Shown here piece by piece: positions 54,723 to 64,000 of a stretch of 64,000 bases of DNA. Source of the stretch: Pseudomonadota bacterium (GTDB lineage Bacteria > Pseudomonadota > Alphaproteobacteria > Rhizobiales > Xanthobacteraceae); the NCBI GenBank assembly GCA_018971625.1, contig JAGXAJ010000011.1:4336-68335 (forward strand). The letters are read 5' to 3'. The position numbers and the translations under genes were made by a program. The notes beneath the pieces are model-generated. The model was given only the letters and a program-made list of their open reading frames with translations, was not told the origin of the DNA and searched no databases. Every line of letters starts with the position of its first letter. Position 1 is the first letter of the stretch.

Positions 54723-54780
54723 TCAGTTTCGCCATTTCCGGGGGCGCTAATTTAGCCTGCGCCCGGAATGACGATGGAGC

Positions 54781-55478
54781 TCACTCCAGATCCTGCACCT
54801 TGGGCATTTCCTGCGTCGGCTGGATCGATGGCGCGGGCTTTGTCTGGACCGCCGCAGGTGCCGGGCTCGACGGTGCGGCTGCGGGCGGCTTCGCTTCCAT
54901 CGCCATCGATTGCGGCGCGGACTCGGCAGTCTTGGCGCCGACCGGCGGTTCACCAGGGCGTTGCGACATCGCTCGCGGCAGGGGCATGGACGGCGTGCGG
55001 CTTGCGACCCGCGGTATCAGCGCTGGCGGCCGGCGCGGCCCTCTCACCACGCTCACCGGGGGCAGCCCGGGTGGACCGTAGGCGACCGCCACATTCGTGT
55101 TGAAATTGCCGCCAGTCCGTCGCCAGGCCGGCACGAAACGAACGATCCGACCGTCACGCGCATCGATCACCAGCCGCCCGTCGTCGCCGCCGCGCCCAAG
55201 CACCGCGATGGTATAGAACACGCCGTGCAGCTGCGGCACGCCCAAGGGGGAAAACCCGTTCCGCGAACCACCGTGTAGACTTCTGGTGCTGGCAGTAAAC
55301 GCGGCCCGTAGCCTGGCGCCGGCTCGTCCAGCGGCATCGTCGCGTAGGGACCGTCAATATCGGCGACGGCGGAATACGGCGAAGCGCCACCCTGATTTGG
55401 CGCCAACATTTGAGCGTCCGCCGCTGCGGCGGCGAATACCAGACCCGCCGACATGACCAATCCTGTGAACAGCTTCAT
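54781..55478 (-). pseudogene. secreted PepSY-like, proline-rich protein interrupted by a 1-nt frameshift
   Basis: Track ORFs 55167..55613 and 54781..55245 are two halves of one gene: MKLFTGLVMSAGLVFAAAAADA (signal; ATG 55478, AGGAG RBS) ...EVYTVVRGTGFPP | LGVPQLHGVFYTIAVLGRGGDDGRLVIDARDGRIVRFVP... The frames join if the run at 55246-55250 (G5 on plus, C5 on the coding strand) had one more base. Confidence 0.7.
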
Positions 55479-55747
55479 CGCCTGCGACTCCTGTAGCGCC
55501 CCCTGGCATTGGAACTTTTTTCGCCCCTTTGGGCTCGCAATTTCGTTGTGGATTTCGGCAACCCTTGGGCCGGATCGCGGCACCTTTGCCCCAAATGCAG
55601 CCGCCGACGCCATACGCCGCGCCGGCTTGCCATCAGCGGCGGATCCGCCACGCGCGGTCGGCGACTTTCACCTGCTTGTGTGATAGAAAAAAATTTGGCA
55701 TGGTCGAAGTTAGGACAGTATCACTGTCTCAATTAACGGCGCAGACT

Positions 55748-55762
55748 TGGCATGGGGATTGC
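55748..55762 (+). promoter_or_regulatory. sigma54 (RpoN)-type -24/-12 promoter element upstream of gltB
   Basis: TGGCATGGGGATTGC: GG at 55749-55750 and GC at 55761-55762 with the canonical 10-nt spacing, 186 nt upstream of the gltB ATG. Confidence 0.5.
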
Positions 55763-55947
55763 CCGAAGGTCGCGCCGACGCGCCGGAAATAAAAGGCAAG
55801 GGTCGTTCCACGGGAACGTTGAACGCCCAAGCCTTAATTCTGAAATTGTGGCTCGCGGAGGACGAGCGGTGACCCGGTGGGTGCCGCAAGCGCCCAAGGT
55901 ACGCCGAAGACGACGGTGAGGCCCTTGCCGGATTGAGAGGATTTGAG

Positions 55948-58900
55948 ATGAACGGGTCGGAGTTCGAGCGCGAAAACATCGTGGCGGATGCGCTGTCGGC
56001 GGCCCCGGATTCGAACCCGGCCGAAGCCTTCCCTCAGGAGACTTTGCGCGAACACGATTGGCGTCCGCCGGCCGAGGGGCTGTACGACCTCGCCCTCGAA
56101 AAGGATTCCTGCGGCGTCGGCTTCATCGCCAACATCAAGGGCAGGAAGTCGCATCAGATCGTCTCGGACGCGATCAGCATCCTGTGCAACCTCGAGCATC
56201 GCGGCGCCGTCGGCGCCGACCCGCGGGCCGGCGACGGCGCGGGCATTCTGGTGCAAATCCCGCACGCCTTCTTCGCGCGCAAGGCCGCCGAGATCGGCTT
56301 TGAGTTGCCGAAAGCCGGCGACTATGCCGTCGGCGCGCTGTTCATGCCGAAGGAGATGGCTTGGCGCAACGTCATCAAGAGCATCATCGCCGACCAGATC
56401 AAGGCTGAAGGGCTGATGCTGCTCGGCTGGCGCGACGTGCCGACCGAGAACTCGTCGCTCGGCGAAACCGTCAAACCGACCGAACCGGCCTGCATGCAGG
56501 TGTTCATCGGCCGCAACGGCGCGGCCAAGACCGACGACGAATTCGAACGCCGGCTCTATATCCTGCGCAAGTCGATCTCGCAGGCCATCTACCAGCGCCG
56601 CGAGCGCGGCCTGGCCGGTTATTACCCGGTCTCGATGTCGTGCCGCACCGTGATCTACAAGGGCATGTTCCTGGCCGACCAGCTCGGCAGCTACTATCCC
56701 GACCTGCACGAATCCGATTTCGAGAGCGCGCTGGCACTGGTGCATCAGCGCTTCTCTACCAATACCTTCCCGACCTGGTCGCTGGCGCACCCCTACCGCA
56801 TGATCGCGCATAATGGCGAGATCAACACGCTGCGCGGCAACGTCAACTGGATGGCAGCGCGGCAAGCTTCGCTGAGCTCGGACGTGTACGGCAAGGACAT
56901 CAGCCGGCTGTGGCCGATCTCCTATGAAGGTCAGAGCGACACCGCCTGCTTCGACAACGCGCTCGAATTCCTGGTGCAGGGCGGCTACTCGCTGCCGCAC
57001 GCGGTGATGATGATGATTCCGGAAGCCTGGGCCGGCAATCCGTTGATGGATGAACAGCGCCGGGCGTTCTACGAATACCATGCTGCGATGATGGAGCCGT
57101 GGGACGGCCCGGCCGCGATTGCCTTCACCGACGGTCGCCAGATCGGCGCCACGCTCGACCGCAACGGCCTGCGGCCTGCCCGCTATCTCGTGACCAGCGA
57201 CGACCGCATCGTAATGGCGTCCGAGATGGGCGTGCTGAAGATTCCCGAGGAACAGATCGTCACCAAATGGCGGCTGCAACCCGGCAAGATGTTGCTGGTC
57301 GACCTTGAAGAGGGTCGCCTCATTCCCGACGACGAGATCAAGGCGACGCTGGCCAGCAGCCATCCCTACCGCGACTGGCTCGGCCGTACCCAGATCGTGC
57401 TGGAGGAATTGCCGGACGCCCCGACCAAGAGCTTGCGCTCCAACCTGCCGTTGCTCGACCGCCAGCAGGCGTTCGGCTATTCGCAGGAGGACATCAACAT
57501 CCTGATGACGCCGATGGCGGCCACCGGCGAGGAAGCCGCCGGCTCGATGGGCAACGACACGCCGATCTCGGCGCTGTCGGACCGGCCAAAGCAGCTCTTC
57601 ACCTATTTCAAGCAGAACTTCGCGCAGGTCACCAACCCGCCGATCGATCCGATCCGCGAGGAGCTGGTGATGAGCCTGGTCTCGATCATCGGGCCGCGAC
57701 CGAACCTGTTCGATCTGCAGGGGCTCGCCGCCACCAAGCGCCTCGAAGTGCGCCAACCAATCCTGACCGATGCCGACCTGGAGAAGATCCGCTCGATCTC
57801 GGAGATCGCCGACACGCATTTCAAGTCGCGTACGCTCGACACCACGTTCCACGCCGGTTTCGGCGCCGCGGGCCTCGAGCACGTGCTCGACGAACTCTGC
57901 GCGCGGGCGGAAGCCACCGTCCGCGAGGGTGTCAACATCATCATCCTGTCCGACCGAATGGCCGGTTCGGACCGGATTCCGATTCCGTCGCTGCTGGCCT
58001 GCGCTGCCGTGCATCATCATTTGATCCGCACGGGATTGCGCACCTCGGTCGGCCTCGTGGTCGAATCCGGCGAGCCGCGCGAGGTGCATCACTTTGCTTG
58101 CCTCGCCGGTTATGGTGCCGAAGCGATCAACCCGTATCTGGCGTTCGAGACCATCATCGCGATGAAGGATCGCCTGCCCGGCTCGCTCGACGACTACGAG
58201 ATCGTCAAGCGCTACATCAAATCGATCGGCAAGGGCCTGCTCAAGGTGATGTCGAAGATGGGCATCTCGACCTATCAGTCCTATTGCGGCGCGCAGATCT
58301 TCGACGCGGTCGGATTGAAGGCGGATTTTGTCGCGAAATATTTCGCCGGCACCCATACCCGCATCGAGGGCGTGGGACTGGCGGAAATCGCCGAGGAAAC
58401 CGCGCGCCGTCATGCCGACGCGTTCGGCGAGGCTCCGGTTTACAAGACCGCGCTCGATGTCGGAGGCGAGTATGCCTACCGCACCCGCGGCGAGGATCAT
58501 GCCTGGACCGCCGAATCCGTCTCCACGCTGCAACATGCAGTGCGCGGCAATTCGCTGGAGCGCTACCGCGCCTTCGCAAAAATCCTCAACGAGCAGTCCG
58601 AGCGGCTATTGACCTTGCGTGGCCTGTTCAAGATCAAGACCGCCGAGCGCAAGCCCGTACCGCTCGACCAGGTCGAGCCGGCCAAGGAGATCGTCAAGCG
58701 TTTCGCCACCGGCGCAATGTCGTTCGGATCGATCTCGCGCGAGGCGCACACGACTTTGGCGATCGCCATGAACCGGATCGGTGGCAAGTCGAACACCGGC
58801 GAGGGTGGCGAGGAAGCCGATCGCTTCAAGCCGATGCCGAACGGCGACTCGATGCGCTCGGCGATCAAGCAGATCGCCTCCGGCCGCTTCGGCGTCACCA

Positions 58901-60687
58901 CGGAATATCTCGTCAACTCCGACATGATGCAGATCAAGATGGCGCAGGGCGCAAAGCCCGGCGAAGGCGGCCAATTGCCCGGCCACAAGGTCGATGCCAC
59001 CATCGCGCGCGTCCGGCACTCGACGCCCGGCGTCGGCCTGATCTCACCGCCGCCGCATCACGACATCTATTCGATCGAAGACCTCGCGCAGTTGATCTAC
59101 GACCTCAAGAACGTCAACCAGGACGGTCAGGTCTCGGTCAAGCTGGTCTCCGAGATCGGCGTCGGCACGGTCGCCGCTGGCGTCGCGAAGGCGCGCGCCG
59201 ATCATGTCACCATCGCGGGCTTCGAGGGCGGCACCGGCGCCTCGCCGCTGACCTCGATCAAGCATGCTGGCTCCCCATGGGAAATCGGCCTCGCCGAGAC
59301 CCACCAGACGCTGGTGCGCGAGCGGCTGCGCAGCCGCATCGTGGTGCAGGTCGATGGCGGGTTCCGCACCGGACGCGACGTGGTGATCGGGGCGCTGCTC
59401 GGCGCCGACGAATTCGGCTTCGCCACGGCACCCTTGATCGCGGCCGGCTGCATCATGATGCGCAAGTGCCATCTCAACACCTGCCCGGTCGGCGTCGCGA
59501 CCCAGGATCCGGTGCTGCGCAAGCGCTTCACCGGCCAGCCCGAGCATGTCATCAACTATTTCTTCTTCGTCGCCGAGGAGGTGCGCGAGATCATGGCGGG
59601 CCTCGGCTACCGCACCTTCAACGAGATGATCGGCCAGACCCAGATGCTCGACCAGTCGACGCTGGTGGCGCATTGGAAGGCCAAGGGGCTCGACTTCTCG
59701 AAGCTGTTCGTGCGCCAGAAGGAAGCGCCGGGGCAGAAGATCTATCATGCCGAAAGCCAGAACCATCATCTGGAAGCCGTGCTCGACCGCAAGCTGATCG
59801 AGAAATCGCAGGCCGCACTCGACCGCGGCGCGCCGGTCAAGTTCGAGATGCCGATCAACAACACCGATCGCAGCGCCGGCGCAATGCTGTCCGGCGCGGT
59901 GGCGAAGATTTATGGCCATACCGGTCTGCCACACGATACGATTCAAGTGAGCCTCAAGGGCACCGCGGGACAGGCGTTCGGGGCGTGGCTGGTGCGCGGC
60001 GTCACCTTCGATCTCGAGGGCGAAGGCAACGACTATGTCGGCAAGGGTCTGTCCGGAGGACGCATCATCGTCCGGCCGCCGGCCAACTCCGGGATCGTGC
60101 CGGAGGAATCGATTATCGTCGGCAACACCGTAATGTACGGCGCGATCGAAGGCGAATGCTATTTCCGCGGCATCGCCGGTGAACGCTTCGCGGTACGCAA
60201 CTCCGGCGCGGTCGCCGTGGTCGAGGGCGCCGGCGATCATTGTTGCGAATACATGACCGGCGGGATCGTCGTGGTGCTGGGCAAGACCGGGCGCAACTTC
60301 GCGGCCGGCATGTCCGGTGGCATCGCCTATGTGCTGGACGAAGAGAGCTCCTTCGACAAGCTCTGCAATATGGCGATGGTCGAGCTTGAACCGGTGCTGT
60401 CGGAAGAGATGATCAACGAGAACACCTACCACCACACCGGAGACCTCGAGGCCCATGGTCGGGTCGACGTGTTCAAGGACCTGCTCGACTCCGACGTGGA
60501 GCGGCTGCACATCCTGATCACGCGCCATGCCAGGCTGACGGGATCGAAACGCGCCGCCGACATTCTCGCGAACTGGAAGACCTGGCTGCCGAAATTCCGC
60601 AAGGTGATGCCGGTGGAGTACCGCCGTGCGCTGAAGGAATTGAAGGCCAACGCCGGCGCCGAACCGAAGATCGCGATCGGGGCGTAA
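55948..60687 (+). CDS. gltB: glutamate synthase (NADPH) large subunit
   Basis: About 1580 aa. Ntn-amidotransferase start ..[12 protein letters not shown], central and FMN domains, C-terminal GXGG-repeat beta-helix. ATG 55948 preferred (GAGAGGA upstream). Confidence 0.97.
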   Translation: MNGSEFERENIVADALSAAPDSNPAEAFPQETLREHDWRPPAEGLYDLALEKDSCGVGFIANIKGRKSHQIVSDAISILCNLEHRGAVGADPRAGDGAGILVQIPHAFFARKAAEIGFELPKAGDYAVGALFMPKEMAWRNVIKSIIADQIKAEGLMLLGWRDVPTENSSLGETVKPTEPACMQVFIGRNGAAKTDDEFERRLYILRKSISQAIYQRRERGLAGYYPVSMSCRTVIYKGMFLADQLGSYYPDLHESDFESALALVHQRFSTNTFPTWSLAHPYRMIAHNGEINTLRGNVNWMAARQASLSSDVYGKDISRLWPISYEGQSDTACFDNALEFLVQGGYSLPHAVMMMIPEAWAGNPLMDEQRRAFYEYHAAMMEPWDGPAAIAFTDGRQIGATLDRNGLRPARYLVTSDDRIVMASEMGVLKIPEEQIVTKWRLQPGKMLLVDLEEGRLIPDDEIKATLASSHPYRDWLGRTQIVLEELPDAPTKSLRSNLPLLDRQQAFGYSQEDINILMTPMAATGEEAAGSMGNDTPISALSDRPKQLFTYFKQNFAQVTNPPIDPIREELVMSLVSIIGPRPNLFDLQGLAATKRLEVRQPILTDADLEKIRSISEIADTHFKSRTLDTTFHAGFGAAGLEHVLDELCARAEATVREGVNIIILSDRMAGSDRIPIPSLLACAAVHHHLIRTGLRTSVGLVVESGEPREVHHFACLAGYGAEAINPYLAFETIIAMKDRLPGSLDDYEIVKRYIKSIGKGLLKVMSKMGISTYQSYCGAQIFDAVGLKADFVAKYFAGTHTRIEGVGLAEIAEETARRHADAFGEAPVYKTALDVGGEYAYRTRGEDHAWTAESVSTLQHAVRGNSLERYRAFAKILNEQSERLLTLRGLFKIKTAERKPVPLDQVEPAKEIVKRFATGAMSFGSISREAHTTLAIAMNRIGGKSNTGEGGEEADRFKPMPNGDSMRSAIKQIASGRFGVTTEYLVNSDMMQIKMAQGAKPGEGGQLPGHKVDATIARVRHSTPGVGLISPPPHHDIYSIEDLAQLIYDLKNVNQDGQVSVKLVSEIGVGTVAAGVAKARADHVTIAGFEGGTGASPLTSIKHAGSPWEIGLAETHQTLVRERLRSRIVVQVDGGFRTGRDVVIGALLGADEFGFATAPLIAAGCIMMRKCHLNTCPVGVATQDPVLRKRFTGQPEHVINYFFFVAEEVREIMAGLGYRTFNEMIGQTQMLDQSTLVAHWKAKGLDFSKLFVRQKEAPGQKIYHAESQNHHLEAVLDRKLIEKSQAALDRGAPVKFEMPINNTDRSAGAMLSGAVAKIYGHTGLPHDTIQVSLKGTAGQAFGAWLVRGVTFDLEGEGNDYVGKGLSGGRIIVRPPANSGIVPEESIIVGNTVMYGAIEGECYFRGIAGERFAVRNSGAVAVVEGAGDHCCEYMTGGIVVVLGKTGRNFAAGMSGGIAYVLDEESSFDKLCNMAMVELEPVLSEEMINENTYHHTGDLEAHGRVDVFKDLLDSDVERLHILITRHARLTGSKRAADILANWKTWLPKFRKVMPVEYRRALKELKANAGAEPKIAIGA

Positions 60688-60724
60688 GACGGCGGGATGA
60701 ATATTGTGTCGGGCAGACGCGCTT

Positions 60725-60910
60725 GTCACCTCTCCCGCGGGAGAGGTCGGATTGCATCGCAAGATGCAATCCGGGTGAGGGGTTACGGCCTATCGATAGA
60801 CTGTACCCCCTCACCCCAACCCTCTCCCATCGAAGTCGGATATATCCGACTTCGCTATCTCGGGTGCCCAACTCGGGTAAACCCGAGTTGGGTGGAGAGG
60901 GAGCGCGCCT
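60725..60910. repeat. highly structured intergenic mosaic repeat (RIME/REP-like) between gltB and gltD
   Basis: Five or more consecutive perfect hairpins: CCTCTCCCG/CGGGAGAGG; GATTGCATC-gcaa-GATGCAATC; GGTGAGGGG...CCCCTCACC; GAAGTCGGATA/TATCCGACTTC; CCCAACTCGGG-taaa-CCCGAGTTGGG. CCCTCTCC...GGAGAGGG encloses the last two. Confidence 0.8.
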
Positions 60911-60956
60911 TTGCACGCGGCAATGGCAATGATTCAAGTTTGAGGCTGCGGGTGTA

Positions 60957-62414
60957 ATGGGCAAGATTACCGGTTTTCTCGAGATCGCGCGTCACGATCG
61001 CAAGTACACGCCGGTCGCCGAGCGCGTGAAGCACTTCAAGGAATTTGTCCTTCCGCTGAGTGAGAAAGACACCCGCGATCAGGCCGCGCGCTGCATGAAT
61101 TGCGGCATCCCCTATTGCCACGGTACCGGTTCGGTCGCGCCAGGCACGCCGGGCTGCCCGGTCAACAACCAGATTCCCGATTTCAACGATCTGGTCTATC
61201 AGGGCAATTGGGAAGAAGCCTCGCGCAATCTGCATTCGACCAACAATTTCCCGGAATTCACCGGCCGCATCTGCCCGGCGCCGTGCGAAGCCTCCTGCAC
61301 GCTCAACATCGATGACAACCCGGTCACCATCAAGACCATCGAATGCGCGATCGTCGACCGCGCCTGGGACAATGGCTGGCTGAAGCCGGAAGTCGCCTCG
61401 CAGAAGACCGGCAAGAAGGTCGCCGTGATCGGCTCGGGGCCGGCAGGCCTCGCCTGCGCGCAGCAGCTCGCACGCGCCGGCCACGAGGTTCATGTGTTCG
61501 AGAAGCACGGCAAGGCCGGCGGACTGCTGCGTTATGGCATTCCCGACTTCAAGATGGAGAAGCACATCATCGACCGCCGCGTGGCGCAGATGGAAGCCGA
61601 GGGCGTCACCTTCCACTATGGTGCACCGGTCGGCGGCGCGAGCGCAGGTGCGATCGACCCCCGCGAGATGCTCAATCATTACGACGCGCTGGCCTTAACC
61701 GGCGGCGCGGAAGCCCCGCGCGACCTTCTGATCCCCGGCCGCGATCTCGCGGGCATTCACTTTGCGATGGATTTCCTGCCGCAGCAGAACCGCCGCGTCT
61801 CCGGCGAACCGCTCGGCAATGCCGCCGATATCCTCGCTGGCGGCAAGCATGTGGTGGTGATCGGCGGTGGCGATACCGGCTCGGACTGCATCGGCACCTC
61901 GTTCCGGCAAGGGGCGAAGTCAGTCACGCAGCTCGAGATCATGGCGGCTCCCCCCGAGCACGAGAACAAGGGACTGAGCTGGCCGAACTGGCCGCTGAAG
62001 ATGCGGACCTCGTCGAGCCAGGCCGAAGGCGCGCGGCGCGAATTCGCGGTGCTGACGCAGAAATTCTCCGGCGACAATGGCAAGGTGGCGAAACTGCATT
62101 GCGTGCAGGTCGACGACAAGTTCAAGCCGATCCCCGGCAGCGAGTTCGAACTCGAGGCGCAACTGGTGCTGCTGGCGATGGGTTTCGTGCATCCGGTGCA
62201 TGAGGGGCTTTTGAAGACCCTCGGCGTCGACCTCGACCAGCGCGGCAACGTGCGCGCCAACACCGCAGACTACCAGACCTCGCGGCCCAACGTATTCTCC
62301 GCCGGCGACATGCGCCGCGGCCAGTCACTGGTGGTATGGGCAATCCGCGAGGGCCGCCTCTGCGCTCGCGCGATCGATCAGTTCTTGATGGGCACGACGA
62401 ATTTGCCGCGGTGA
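60957..62414 (+). CDS. gltD: glutamate synthase (NADPH) small subunit
   Basis: 485 aa. Fe-S Cys clusters ([19 protein letters not shown]), FAD/NAD folds [14 protein letters not shown] and [13 protein letters not shown]. Confidence 0.96.
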   Translation: MGKITGFLEIARHDRKYTPVAERVKHFKEFVLPLSEKDTRDQAARCMNCGIPYCHGTGSVAPGTPGCPVNNQIPDFNDLVYQGNWEEASRNLHSTNNFPEFTGRICPAPCEASCTLNIDDNPVTIKTIECAIVDRAWDNGWLKPEVASQKTGKKVAVIGSGPAGLACAQQLARAGHEVHVFEKHGKAGGLLRYGIPDFKMEKHIIDRRVAQMEAEGVTFHYGAPVGGASAGAIDPREMLNHYDALALTGGAEAPRDLLIPGRDLAGIHFAMDFLPQQNRRVSGEPLGNAADILAGGKHVVVIGGGDTGSDCIGTSFRQGAKSVTQLEIMAAPPEHENKGLSWPNWPLKMRTSSSQAEGARREFAVLTQKFSGDNGKVAKLHCVQVDDKFKPIPGSEFELEAQLVLLAMGFVHPVHEGLLKTLGVDLDQRGNVRANTADYQTSRPNVFSAGDMRRGQSLVVWAIREGRLCARAIDQFLMGTTNLPR

Positions 62415-62453
62415 TGGTCAGATCGAGTCCGGCCATGACGAAGGGCGCCGCCC

Positions 62454-64000
62454 TCAGTTCTGCAGCCTGACACCCAGCATCACCACCGTCGAGGCCGAGC
62501 TCGCGCCCGCGACATTGGAATCGAGGATGTCACGGCGTAGCGTGCCCTTGATCCAGAGATTACGGGTCATCTTGTAGACCAGATCGCCTTCGAGCGAGTA
62601 GGTCGTATCGGTGCGGCCATCGCCCTGGTAGTCGAGCGTGCCGTAGGTGAATTTGCCGATCGCGGTCAGCCAGCGGCGGAAATCGTGATCGACTTCGACG
62701 GTGTAGGTATGCGTCAGCACGCCGGACGTGCCGGGCAGCACGGTCTCGTCGATCGAAGTTGTCGAATAGAATTTCGCGGTGGTCAGCGGCGTTGCGGTCC
62801 AGGTCAGCGACGCCGCGGTCAACAGACCCTGCAGCGGGTCGAGCCTCGGATCGACATATTCGCGTGCCGCATAGCCGATCGAGATTTCGCCGGTCAGCAG
62901 GCGTGAGAATTCGAACGTCGTCCCGGCCTTGGCGTAGCCGCCGCTGGAATCGCGGGCAAAGCCGTTGCGGTCGAGCGCCAGATCGTGCACGCGGCTGTCG
63001 CCCTCGACCTCGACGAATGGCTTTACCGCGGGCGTCAGTTCGTAGCTGACGCGACTGAGGCCGCCGAACTGATTGAAGTTGCGGTCGTCGTTGGTCGAGG
63101 TCGAACCGTCGGTCAAAGTCGAGTTCTGGTACACCGTGCGATCGACGGTGCCGCCGGCGGCGATATCCAGGCGGTTGAAATTCTGGTCGATCCCGAACGT
63201 GCCGCCGAGCGTCGTGTAGATCGGGTATCTGGCAAGTCCCGCCTGCACGTTCGGGCTGCCCGGATTGTCGGTGGAGACCAGCAGGCGCGCCTGCGAGGTG
63301 ATATGGGTGTCCTCGGTGACATCGACGCGGCCGTCGATATGGCCGGTGAAGTTTGGCCGGCTGACATCGGTCGGCGCCGAAGAGACTGCGCCGTCGATGG
63401 TCGGCGGCAGGCTGTTGCCGTAGCCGGTGAATGACCCCCTGAGGTCGGCGACCAGCGCATGGCGATCCCAATTCGATACCGCCAGAAATTCCGGCGCCAC
63501 CACCCAGAACGGCAAGCCCTTGGGCACGTTGGTGCGGCCCGGATTGGTATCGTAGCCGCCGCTGAGTTCGACCGCGGACTTGATCAGGAAGCTGCCGGCG
63601 TAATCGCCGACCGCGCCGAACGGGTCGTCATCGACCTTGAGGCGGGTGCGCGGCGGCTGGCCGGTCACAGTGCCCGCCATCGCCGGCGGGATCGGCGGCT
63701 TGTTGGCGGATTGCGATGGCGGCACCGATAGCCGTGCATACCCGGCGCGATCGACCGGCGGCGGCGCAGGCACCGGACTGCCCGGACCGGCCGGCGCTTT
63801 CGGCTTGGGCTGGCCGGGATGGAGCTTTGGCTTCTTGCGCGTGCGGTTGAGCGAGTCGAAACCGGAATCGGCGGCGCCGCTCGCGGGCGGCAGACCGTAC
63901 TCGGGAACCTGTCCGACGCGCGATGCTGCCGGTGCATTGCTGTTGCTGCGTCCGTCATCGATGATGGCATCGCCGGCGGAATCGCTGGTGCCGTCATCGA
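62454..64000 (-). CDS. outer-membrane beta-barrel-like protein with Pro/Ala-rich N-terminal region, partial (N-terminus beyond window end)
   Basis: The track shows 62454..63773, but my translation stays open in the same frame to 64000 (..DDGTSDSAGDAIIDDGRSNSNAPAASRVGQVPEYGLPPASGAADSGFDSLNRTRKKPKLHPGQPKPKAPAGPGSPVPAPPP..). The C-terminal 400 aa have alternating beta-strand-like Y/T/G-rich segments. Confidence 0.7.
   Translation of the reverse strand, partial: DDGTSDSAGDAIIDDGRSNSNAPAASRVGQVPEYGLPPASGAADSGFDSLNRTRKKPKLHPGQPKPKAPAGPGSPVPAPPPVDRAGYARLSVPPSQSANKPPIPPAMAGTVTGQPPRTRLKVDDDPFGAVGDYAGSFLIKSAVELSGGYDTNPGRTNVPKGLPFWVVAPEFLAVSNWDRHALVADLRGSFTGYGNSLPPTIDGAVSSAPTDVSRPNFTGHIDGRVDVTEDTHITSQARLLVSTDNPGSPNVQAGLARYPIYTTLGGTFGIDQNFNRLDIAAGGTVDRTVYQNSTLTDGSTSTNDDRNFNQFGGLSRVSYELTPAVKPFVEVEGDSRVHDLALDRNGFARDSSGGYAKAGTTFEFSRLLTGEISIGYAAREYVDPRLDPLQGLLTAASLTWTATPLTTAKFYSTTSIDETVLPGTSGVLTHTYTVEVDHDFRRWLTAIGKFTYGTLDYQGDGRTDTTYSLEGDLVYKMTRNLWIKGTLRRDILDSNVAGASSASTVVMLGVRLQN

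Noticed and set aside
55696-55711. Second sigma54-like motif TGGCATGGTCGAAGTT
   Set aside because: It has the -24 GG, but the -12 position reads AAGT instead of TTGC/GC. It is not a credible -12 element.
55834-60762. Long minus-strand ORFs (900 aa, 572 aa) and a 694-aa alternative plus frame inside gltB
   Set aside because: All overlap the unmistakable gltB frame. Their products are low-complexity Arg/Gly/Asp-rich. They are GC-skewed codon artefacts.

Overview
High-GC (roughly 60-65% by eye) alpha-proteobacterial chromosomal segment. Gene content and repeat families look Bradyrhizobium/Rhodopseudomonas-like, but that is an inference, since no search was possible. All homology calls come from reading motifs in the ORF-track translations and from my own translation of regions the track missed. 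Core metabolism sits at both ends: glcD-glcE-glcF (1-3860, minus; glcF is absent from the track) and gltB-gltD (55948-62414). In between are: a small-ORF, lower-GC islet (about 7.4-11.2 kb) holding two inverted 15-bp tandem arrays; a NarL/NarX-type two-component pair next to a gene for an exported peptide made only of His/Trp; a LysR-controlled quinone/redox detox cluster (SDR, pirin, wrbA, DUF5996); a ~14-kb polysaccharide biosynthesis locus (20.8-34.7 kb: GNAT, cupin oxygenase-like, 3 glycosyltransferases, Wzy-like polymerase, Wzx-like flippase, methyltransferase, GH10 hydrolase, ExoP/GumC-like co-polymerase with a degenerate P-loop); LysR-emrAB; a chimeric GFA/ABC-ATPase remnant; a ModE-like/aldehyde dehydrogenase/DUF2478 group; a low-GC fused pabA-pabB gene next to tRNA-Val(GAC); and cpdR. 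Features the track missed are rpmJ (L36), glcF, tRNA-Val and a suhB/alpha-r8 (MmgR-type) sRNA candidate. Regulatory candidates are a ROSE-like leader before an hsp20 gene and a sigma54-type promoter before gltB. Two decayed genes are a LysE remnant and a PepSY-like gene frameshifted in a homopolymer run. I saw no CRISPR array, transposase, integrase or recognisable defence system. The most unusual items are the His/Trp peptide, the composition of the polysaccharide locus, the chimeric ORF and the paired tandem arrays. None can be called novel without database searches.
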